Source: an uncultured Chloroflexia bacterium
GTDB taxonomy: Bacteria > Chloroflexota > Anaerolineae > Anaerolineales > UBA4823
Assembly (NCBI GenBank): GCA_963840255.1
Contig: CAWIYB010000003.1
Location: 67,077-131,076, forward strand
Direction: 5' to 3'
DNA length: 64,000 nucleotides
Shown here: piece after piece, positions 61,101 through 64,000 of the stretch
How positions within the stretch are numbered: the stretch's first letter is position 1
How the letters are laid out: each line of letters starts with the position of its first letter
Translations under genes and position numbers: made by a program
The notes under the pieces: generated by a model
What the model saw: the letters and a program-made list of their open reading frames with translations, nothing else
Told to the model about the DNA's origin: nothing
The model's database searches: none

Positions 61101-61836
61101 CGCCAGCATCGACCCACTCACCGGCGTTTTTAACTGGACACCTACCGAAGCCCAGGGTCCGGGCACTTATCCGGTGAAGGTGATCGTCACGGATAACGGT
61201 AGTTTCCCATTGAGTGACTTTGAAATCGTCCATGTAACCGTCAATGAAGTCAATCTGGACCCAATCGTGGATGCTGGTCCAGATCAGGAAGTCAGCGAAG
61301 GACAGCCGGTTCACTTTACTGGGAGTTTCGTGGACCCAGGACTGCTCGGTTCTCCTCAAGCAGGTGAATCTATCCTGTGGGATTTCGGGGATGGTATAAC
61401 AACCACTGGTGTTTTGACCCCGACACATTCCTTCGGGAATAATGGAAATTTCACCGTCACCCTGACCGTTACCGATACGTACGGGGGTGCAGGGCGTGAC
61501 AGCCTGCAGGTATCCACCACCAATATCTCACCCGTCCTGGAAGCGTTACCAGATCGCACCGCCGGACCCGGTCAGGTGATCCTGATTAACAGCGCATTCA
61601 CCGATCCGGGATGGCTTGATACCCACACCCTCACCATCGAATGGGCGCCTGGCGTGACAGAAAACCTTGACCTTGCTGCAGGCGTGTTGGAATTCCAACT
61701 CAGTCACACATACGCCGCCCTGGGAGATTACACCGTGACGATCACGGTAGCCGACCCGGATGGCGGGCAGTCCAGTCAGGTTTTCACCATTACGGTCCAA
61801 TTCTATGAGATATTCCTACCGTTAACCCGGCGCTAA
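58102..61836 (+). CDS. Large secreted protein: repeat (propeller-like) region, PKD and Ig/cadherin-like domains, C-terminal FLPLTRR motif
   Basis: Signal peptide (VQA); about 12 R[VI]..DG..LD repeats; WDFGDG PKD motifs. Confidence 0.88.
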   Translation: MSTLRKLSFLLLSLTLVLSMTMPVQAFVKLPSHFVPGDDAIGAAAGDQFAPAIARGGDNFLAVWSDKRSNPNGGIYFEFETSNDIYGVRLDATGNPLEMVPFPIAAGPGSQENPRVVWNGTNWLVVYESYDIGGTGYYYQKTLEAVRVSPAGVVLDPEPIKLYSITPSGGMWSVASDGNNWVIAFEGTSASTDLMAMRISPEGVVLDPPIYTLVPATYYSRPNLRLSYANGVFLLTWADFTDTMAIRFDQQLNLLDASPHLLLSSWNFADLTSNGSQFYAVWISQDPPNYLISVTGSRISTDGVMLDGNGVNISDTHEPLPYYITNVVWDGTNWKVTWEYQGVSVARVNQDGQVLDPGGVAVAGLTPGPTAPNPSGGVQLVWSDFNISLANSYDVFSASISADNVAEPIQTPSAGTPAQLHPDIAVGSAGYMLAFDSDVSGIHRVMAQPLDATGNPLTTEPILLDTFDTTYKPGFPTVAWNGSLYLVSWNNSSGVVAQRIQQDGTLVDPAPFLVMPGFGATDVAGLGDVFLVTGLKIGINPEYVFPMAARVRGSDGVVLDNPALTLGSSFAYNPSVAVVGGRWLVVWEAHPTHDNPIADTMAAFVDDSGVISPEFFVYGSYSTSSYSYGTSLASNGSEALVLQNAEISSGVEMDLAGRIVHSDGTLGLDFNLTPWAGNQYRPRVAWDGSQFIVVYQDQRNRLAEWELDQMDARSDLFGMRVASDGTILDLTGFIFSNSTGAEAYPNIASTDGTSLIAASIVQESPYSSYRVGYELIGLGGNAWPVAVASASPVNGDVPLPVSFSSAGSTDMDGSIASYAWDFGDGNSSSEANPSHTYTTGGPFVVTLTVTDDQGAQTTTTVFVKALNPNQLPVANASAEPMGGIPPFDVVFDATGSYDPDGWLGNFHWTFSDGGEYWGNIAYATVYTTDPFTATLTVFDNRNGTGSATVVINTDNFPPVLDPIGAKTVDELTPLVFTATATDPDTGQSLAFSLGPGAPSGASIDPLTGVFNWTPTEAQGPGTYPVKVIVTDNGSFPLSDFEIVHVTVNEVNLDPIVDAGPDQEVSEGQPVHFTGSFVDPGLLGSPQAGESILWDFGDGITTTGVLTPTHSFGNNGNFTVTLTVTDTYGGAGRDSLQVSTTNISPVLEALPDRTAGPGQVILINSAFTDPGWLDTHTLTIEWAPGVTENLDLAAGVLEFQLSHTYAALGDYTVTITVADPDGGQSSQVFTITVQFYEIFLPLTRR

Positions 61837-61905
61837 TCGATTACGTGGTGAGCGTTTGCGAAGTCTGAATTAGTAAACAGGTAACTTATTTTTGATGTAG
61901 CGGCT

Positions 61906-64000
61906 TTAGTCATCGGATACTTGATGATTGGCTGAAGCCGCTATATCATCACCGAACCGGGATGGGTTATCGCTTGAAAACCAAAGCATAATCCTGGCAT
62001 CCAACGCCCGGCAGCCGTTATTCTCCTGGAATACGCGCAGCGGGTTGATATCCAGCTCCCGGATCTCGGGAAAATCGATCAATAACTGCGAAAGACGCAA
62101 TAGGGCGTCGCTCACCGCCAGAAGATCAGATGGTTTGTGCCCGCGAGCACCCTTGAGGATGGGCGCTCCGCGCAGCTCATCGATCATTTCCCTGGCTTCC
62201 TGGTGCGTGATCGGTGCCACCCGCAGCGAGACCTCTTCCAGCACTTCCACAAAAATACCGCCCAATCCAATCAGCACCACCGGGCCAAAGTTCGGGTCTT
62301 GCCTGCCGCCCAGGATCAGCTCCTGCCCGCCTGTCACCATGGGCTGCACCAGCACACCATCGATGTTCGCTTCCGGGTATGACGATTGGATGCGGTTCAG
62401 CATATCATCGAAGGCTTCCTCCACTGCAGGTCCATTACGCAGGTTGAGCTGCACTCCCCCAACATCAGACTTGTGCGATATTTGCTCTGAGATGACTTTG
62501 ATCGCCACGGGGTAGCCCATCCGTTCAGCAGCCGCCCGCGCCTCCTCCTTGGTGGAGGCGCGTACACCCACTGCCGTCGGGATCCCATAATACTCTAGCG
62601 CCTGCATAGACTCGGAGAGCAGCAGGTCGCGCTTCTCATCGAACGCATGCTCGATCAACTCACGCACCGCAGCCTGGTCAACGGCGAAGGTGGGAGTTTG
62701 TTCAGCACTGCGGATCTCCTGCATGCGGCTGTAATACCTGTAGCTCATCTCCAGCGCCCGGATGGTCTCAACCACCGCCGTGAAGATGGGGTAGGCATAG
62801 GTTTGCCGCATGTAGTTGACTTCCTGGGCGCTGGTGGATATGTAATAAGCAATCGGTTTGTCATAGCGCTTGGTCAGCTCCATCACCCGCTCGAGCAGCT
62901 TGCGGCTTGCCTCGATTTCCCTTTCGGAGGCTGTATGGAGGAACACCACCCCATCCACACTTTCCAGTTTCAGCGTCTGCTCGAGGATTTGGCCGTACAC
63001 CTCCAGGTCGAACAGGTCCCCCAGGTCCACCGGGTTGGTTAGCTTGATCACCGAGGCGCGGAAGTGTTTCTCGATCTCCTCCAGGAAGGATTGCGGCAGC
63101 TGGGCTAGCTCAAAACCCGATAGCTCGCTGGAATTTGCCGCCACCACGGCATGCCCTCCTGAACGCGAGATGATCGCCAGGTTTTTACCTCGCATGGCGG
63201 GCAGGCGTAGCGCTTTCAGGTTGTTGAGCAGGCTGGTGGCGTCGTGCACCCGCACGATATCCGCCTGCTTGAAAGCCGCCTCAGCCACTTTATCATCGCT
63301 GGATAGTGCCGCCGTGTGCGAGGCGGCGATGACCTTGCCCAGTTTGCCGATATTTGATTTAAACACCAGGATCGGCTTGCTGGATCGGCAGGCGATGTCC
63401 ATCAGCCGGCGACCATCCCGCAGGCTCTCCAGGTACACGAAGATCACCTTTGTGCCCGGGTCATCCAGCATGAATTCCAGCACGTCCTCCGCGCTGGTAT
63501 CCAGCATATTCCCCACTGAGACAAACTTGTTGAGCGCAATCCCTTCATTCGCCATCAGGTTGAGCACCGAAAAACCCACCCCACCACTTTGGGAAATGAT
63601 GGAAACTTCCCCCGGGTCGGAAGGCTTCTTCAAGCGCAGGAAAGGGACGCAGAAGCCGTTATCGATGTTGATCACCCCCACGCAGTTCGGTCCGATGAAG
63701 CGCAGCCCGTAGCGCTTCGCCACTTGGACGATTTGCTCTTCCAGCTGCAGGCCTTCGTCACCGTATTCGCGGAATCCGGCTGTCTCGATGATTGCCCAGC
63801 GCACCCCCTTCTGACCGCATTCCTCCAGTACGGCAGGCACCGTCCTGGCTGGCGTGAGGATCACTGCCAGGTCGACTGGATCGGGGATATCTGATATCGA
63901 GCGGTAGATGCGGTGGGTCTGGACGTAACCTCCGGATGGTCCGACCGGGTAAACGATGCCCCCGAAGCCGAATTCCACCAGGTTGCCGATGATATTGCGA
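61906..64000 (-). CDS. Acyl-CoA synthetase (NDP-forming) / acetate-CoA ligase family, 5'-partial
   Basis: GPNCVG, SQSGG, SHT, NPVDL, HKSDVGGV, ELDINPL; frame is open to the window edge. Confidence 0.92.
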   Translation of the reverse strand, partial: RNIIGNLVEFGFGGIVYPVGPSGGYVQTHRIYRSISDIPDPVDLAVILTPARTVPAVLEECGQKGVRWAIIETAGFREYGDEGLQLEEQIVQVAKRYGLRFIGPNCVGVINIDNGFCVPFLRLKKPSDPGEVSIISQSGGVGFSVLNLMANEGIALNKFVSVGNMLDTSAEDVLEFMLDDPGTKVIFVYLESLRDGRRLMDIACRSSKPILVFKSNIGKLGKVIAASHTAALSSDDKVAEAAFKQADIVRVHDATSLLNNLKALRLPAMRGKNLAIISRSGGHAVVAANSSELSGFELAQLPQSFLEEIEKHFRASVIKLTNPVDLGDLFDLEVYGQILEQTLKLESVDGVVFLHTASEREIEASRKLLERVMELTKRYDKPIAYYISTSAQEVNYMRQTYAYPIFTAVVETIRALEMSYRYYSRMQEIRSAEQTPTFAVDQAAVRELIEHAFDEKRDLLLSESMQALEYYGIPTAVGVRASTKEEARAAAERMGYPVAIKVISEQISHKSDVGGVQLNLRNGPAVEEAFDDMLNRIQSSYPEANIDGVLVQPMVTGGQELILGGRQDPNFGPVVLIGLGGIFVEVLEEVSLRVAPITHQEAREMIDELRGAPILKGARGHKPSDLLAVSDALLRLSQLLIDFPEIRELDINPLRVFQENNGCRALDARIMLWFSSDNPSRFGDDIAASANHQVSDD
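61938..62100 (+). repeat. Direct repeat copy 2 (163 bp)
   Basis: Matches 57749-57912; the kdpE-derived part carries the differences. Confidence 0.95.

Overview
Gene-dense bacterial chromosomal window. The gene content (archaeal-type mevalonate module, LP[LVI]-motif secreted proteins) suggests Chloroflexota/Anaerolineae; this is an inference. I found no rRNA, tRNA, CRISPR array, integrase or transposase. The main finding is a gene the ORF track breaks up: 368-1114 encodes a MerB (organomercurial lyase)-like protein with in-frame UGA codons at both catalytic Cys positions, each followed by a SECIS-like hairpin. It is therefore a probable two-selenocysteine enzyme outside any mer operon. Other notable items: (1) an HMG-CoA reductase / HMG-CoA synthase / thiolase / DUF35 module whose thiolase has lost its catalytic motifs; (2) an endonuclease V homolog with all four catalytic residues replaced; (3) a FAD reductase-PrpD-ComA-FolE-pteridine reductase-FolK cluster next to a MarR gene; (4) a kdpFABC-DE locus with an extra micro-peptide and an extra KdpD-like membrane/GAF gene; (5) a 4-kb surface-protein insert bracketed by ~164-bp direct repeats; (6) three single-lesion broken genes. 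All product calls come from motif recognition by eye; no database searches were run.
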